Of a DNA stretch of 64,000 nucleotides, positions 59,690 through 64,000 are shown one piece after another. Origin of the DNA: Chara braunii (lineage: Eukaryota; Plantae; Charophyceae). Under the pieces are notes generated by a model that ran no database searches, had not been told where the DNA came from, and saw only the letters and a program-made list of their open reading frames with translations. The number at the start of each line of letters is the position of its first letter. Within the stretch, counting starts at the first letter, position 1. The position numbers and the translations under genes were made by a program. Location of the stretch: positions 2,180,011-2,244,010 of the forward strand of contig BFEA01000026.1 of the NCBI GenBank assembly GCA_003427395.1. The letters run 5' to 3'.

Positions 59690-61324
59690 CCAGAAGAGTC
59701 CAAGAAAAATGAAAAAAGAAAACGGTTTGTTCGTTACGTACGAAAGTTGAAGGAACTGGTATATTTGTTACTTCAGTAGAGGAAACAGTTGTGATTTGCC
59801 CTACACTGAGCTGATCAGACTTTCTGGGGATGGGTTATGAACCTTATCAATTCACAGTGCAAGACTGAACTCTGAGACAATGCAATATTTGGCAAGTCAA
59901 GAAGAAGGCCAACTAGACTAGGAAAGAAAAAGAATGGAGAGGGAAAGAGGAAGAAGAAGAACTACACAAAATTGAACCAATGTCATCTCCTCCTCTGGCC
60001 AGAAAATCTCCCTCACATAAACTAATCTTATGTCTAATTGAATACAATCATAAATGAACGAATGAGCAAGTGTCAATATGCGAATAGATTTCTCCTTTAT
60101 GCCTCACTCTCACTCCCCTCTTCACCGTTGCATATTTAGCTATGGTGGCTCATACATGTCCAGCAAGGATGTTCAACGGAATATCAGGGCCCTCCCTTCT
60201 CATTCTGCCGTAGCCACACTCTGGGATGAAGTACATGTTGAACTGGTACCCCAACAGGGGCCTTCCCGACGCAGTGACAACCAAGGAAGTGGAGATGACA
60301 TAGCCAAAGATAAGTCTCTTTGTCCGTACCCCTCTTCTTCCGCACTCTCGACCTCTACTCACCTGTTCCGCATACCTTCGTAGCCCAGCTTGAGGTTCTT
60401 CTCCCTTCACATCCATAGCCTAGGCCTACTTCCTTCCTCTATTACTACTGTGATGATCCATGGCCCATAACCGCCCGAAAAACATATCCAGGCCCAAAGT
60501 TCTCGACAAATTTCTATCCGCAGATGATTGGGAGGGGCAGATGGTTCATCTCTGCGTTTGCATCCATGGGTAATAATTCAATGCTTGTCCTTGACATTTG
60601 AGCAATTGAATACCTGTGGGGGATCGGCAAAGCCCTGCGTGAAGAAGCAGGTTGGTAGTTCCTTTTCTTTCTCTCTTTGTAAGCTTCAAAATGCAGTCGG
60701 TTATGCTGGAGAGGGTAGGCAGTTTGAATTTGCATGCACATGAGCTAGCTTCCGCTCCGCTCGCCTCATGCTAACTTCTCCTTTTCCGTCCTGGCCTTCT
60801 TTTTGCAACCCCTTTGTCTTCCACTTGATATGCTCGCGGGTGATTGATTGCATTTGAGTCGGCCGGATTGAGCTACAGGGATGGTGACCGAGCCCATAGG
60901 CTGATAGAGTCAGCCTTTGCTAAAATTTGAATTTTCCTGCCATCCCCTCTTCTCTTGATTTCTCTTTCCTTGCCTTTTCCTCTACATAGGATACCTGTTT
61001 CCCCACTCTCTGCGCTGACACCCCACTGCCTTACACTATAAACTTGCGCAGCCTGTTCCTCTCCTCCCCTTTGATCTTGGCTTCAATGCTGCACGGACTA
61101 TGGGCGTGTGTCGCAGCGCTGAACAGGCTTATCATGCCCGATGGACTGGGAGGAGTGCCAACGGGGGCTAAACTAGTCGCGGTAGGATCGGTCGGTTGCC
61201 GTTCGGGGACTTAGCGGCAGTGGAGGAAGGAGTGTGTGTCTGCACTTGCAGCCGTGCATCGGTTGTGAGACCGGCTCGACAGATTATTGGAAGCTGATGA
61301 TGTGCACATGCTTTCGTTATAATT

Positions 61325-61425
61325 GTTGGCATCTCATCTTTTATCAATCACTGGTTTGTTTCAGTTGTCAGAGTTGGCATCTCATCTTTTATCAATCACT
61401 GTTTTGTTTCAGTTGTCAGAGTTGG
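61325..61425. repeat. 48-bp tandem duplication
   Basis: GTTGGCATCTCATCTTTTATCAATCACTG(G/T)TTTGTTTCAGTTGTCAGA occurs twice. Confidence 0.85.
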
Positions 61426-63901
61426 TGCATCTAAGTTCATACGTGGTCCATGGCCTTGGTTGCGAGTGTCGAGTGACGCGCGTGCATGACCGTGGTGATG
61501 CATGATTGAATGATCACTTCCATGTTTGCAAGCCGTATTCGTGTATATGATCATTGTTTGTTGTGTTTTCTTCCTCTCCCGCTCCTTTTGATAAAGTATG
61601 ATTCATATTTCTTTTTCAGGACCTGCTTGATGCAGGTGGTCATTGGGCATGTGACACGTGTATGATGTTGTCTTTCTCGTCGCTCAGTCTTCGCCTGGGC
61701 GCCTGCCTCTGCTCGAACTGCGCCAGAGTAGCCTCCCTGAGTACCCTAATGTAAACAAGAATGCGGTCTACTGCTATGTGAACGTAAGGAGTTCTTGGTT
61801 ACAAACCGATGAAATTCACTATAGAACCCTCCCAAAGTCTGTTACTTGGTGGGTGAAGGTTTTGTATTCATCGATTGTTTTGATCCTTCACTGATCATCC
61901 TCGCCTACTGGGATTTTACAGTAGTTCCTTGGTTGGTGAAACCCCCACTGGAACTGCTGCTGTTCAGGACTGGGAGCTTGCGCTCGTGGAGGCAATTGGT
62001 GCCCGGGTATCAAGATGTGGTAAATCTTCTAAAAAGCAGTCCTGTGGTGTGTGTGTGCTGCCAGAAAGCTTCCACTGCCGATCCTCTGAAGGTCTGACCC
62101 TCTTCGCTGTGTGAGCAAGAGTCATCAGATTGATTGAAGGTTGCAGGTGGCCTAGGGAGAGTCCTGCCCTTGTTGCTTTTCTTTTTCAAACCCACACACA
62201 CACGGGCGCCCCATCTATTCTGGGGGCCTGCAGTCCTGTTACTCGTCACCGGCAAGCTTCACAACAATCAATGAGTGAAAAAGCCATCCCCTTTTCCGTT
62301 TGTAGTCGGGAGACTCTCACTGGTGCCCAGTCACTACAAGCTTCTTCAATGCAGTCTGATAGCAACCTTTCCCGAAACCGTTTCCTGAATGAAGCAATTG
62401 TTCCATGATCATGGTTACCTTCGCTTCCAAATCCATTTCCCCCTCCTCTTACCGGTCAAGTACAAGTATATAACCATTTCCCCCTCCTGCTATTAGGATT
62501 TTCTCCCTCTTCTCCTCCAAGATCAAGCACCAATCAGGTAATGTTAGCAGCCTGTCAGGGTTATGTTTTATACTCCTGAGCCAAATTTTCACCGTTTGAT
62601 CATACTGGTCGTCCATTTGGTTCCAAATGGTAGTTGGAACTTGGAAGTGTGGTGAATTTGCTGGGGGGGGCGGGGAATGGGCAGTTTCTTGCTTGCGGAG
62701 GACCGGTAGCTGCCCGTGGAGGCAGCGGTCCTCGAGTTGAACATCTCAAAATCGAAAGGGCATGGGTCCACTTTTCTCGAATAGAAGCGCACTTCGAATA
62801 GACCACGTACATGCTGTATTCGAATACAACTCGTATCTTTTCTATTCAAATTTCGAAAGAAAAAACTCTTGTATTCAAATAGAACATTACCTTTTCTTTT
62901 CTTTTTTCGAGGTTAGCGCCTGCCCTTGTGCTCCCCGCCACTGACATGCTGCAGCTGCAGGGCTCTCTCTCTGTCTCATACACACACACTCACTCACTTA
63001 CTCTCACATATGTGACGTACCAGCTTCCATACCTGAACGATCTTCTGAACCCATGAGTTTTTGTTGATCTGACTCTTTGGATTTCTCCTGGGCTCTTTTT
63101 GGGTATCCATTCTTTTTGCTATCTCCTCAGTGCATGAAATCACGGCCAACCAGGCCCTCTCATGACTAAGACGACGTTTTGGATTTCTTTGCAATTTCCT
63201 TTCGGTAATCCATGCATCTATGTAGGAATTACGTGCGCCTTAGCGAGCGCGCTAGGAAGTCTGTTCGGCAGTTGGAAATTCCGGGACTTATGGGCGCTCT
63301 CTTTGCTGACGTGTTTTTTCTTGCAAATGGATGCTCCCTGCACTCACCCTTGAAAAATGGATGTTCCCGCACTCACCCTTGAAAGATTTGTGAATTTCAG
63401 TAGTAAGCAGGGTGGACGTAGGATTTTCACACGCTCAATTTGGCATGCTGATATCGCATTTGAATTTGTTTTCGATCTTAAAGTAGATTTAGAACCAGAA
63501 TGGATGGAAAGTAACTATTTCAGTGCCTTTTTCTTTTCTGCACCAGCACCATGCATGCAAGCTTTCCCCGCTCCCCGCTAGGCCCCATGCCATCTTCATC
63601 CTCCTCTTCCGGCCTACTCTCCGTCATCCGTAACCATTTTCCATCCCCTCTTTCCTCGCGCTTCGCCCCTACTCCTTGTTTGAATCTTGGTCCCGCTTCG
63701 CGCTGCCTTTTGCACTTTCGTCCTTCTCGCCTTCATCCCCATGCCGGAACTCTCTACGGACCCCCCCTCTCAAAGCATTCGAAGCCGAAAGGCGACAGCG
63801 TGTAAGGAGGATATTCCCCTCACGGGGGTCCCCCCGGGGGTTAAATGGCTGGGGCGGGGGTGGGCGCGGGAGTGCGGGCGGGGGCCGGGGTCGGCGCGGG
63901 G

Positions 63902-63936
<35 letters not shown>

Positions 63937-63938
63937 AA

Positions 63939-64000
<62 letters not shown>
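63902..64000. other. Poly-A followed by poly-G run, probably a sequencing/assembly artefact
   Basis: About 37 nt of nearly pure A followed by about 60 G at the window end. Confidence 0.65.

Noticed and set aside
59900-63800. Possible exons (e.g. acceptor-like TTCTTTTTCAG at ~61610-61620)
   Set aside because: No recognisable protein similarity or consistent exon chain can be supported by eye.
63820-64000. G-quadruplex or telomere-like end
   Set aside because: Homopolymer A then G runs at the edge are more typical of low-quality read ends.

Overview
Eukaryotic, transposon-dominated genomic window with several N-gaps. The element types and plant-type U6 and initiator-Met primer binding sites point to a green plant; a charophyte alga such as Chara is my inference, not a database result. 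Only two intact host genes are supported: intronless, ~30 kb apart, directly repeated paralogs of the monoacylglycerol lipase / caffeoyl shikimate esterase-like alpha/beta-hydrolase family (28078-29037 and 57964-58923). The rest is nested mobile DNA: (1) a degenerate chromovirus-type Ty3/gypsy element (1-10474) with a hAT-like insertion in its integrase and a ~217-bp antisense insert in gag resembling group II intron maturase domain X; (2) a degenerate DUF659-type hAT transposase; (3) a second, minus-strand Ty3/gypsy structure (32473-50579) with a PHD finger between RNase H and integrase, ~2.6-kb LTRs that each carry a hAT-transposase-like fragment, and an odd LTR-LTR junction; (4) a 5'-truncated L1/Tx1-type LINE with poly(A) and TSD; (5) two U6 snRNA retrocopies; (6) several MITE families, satellites and microsatellites. 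Assembly artefacts are visible: a Nextera mate-pair junction adapter at 20269-20306, a gap-flanking duplication and a terminal poly-G. The best candidate for an undescribed system is the PHD-finger retrotransposon with transposase-derived LTR sequence. All alignments were made by eye.
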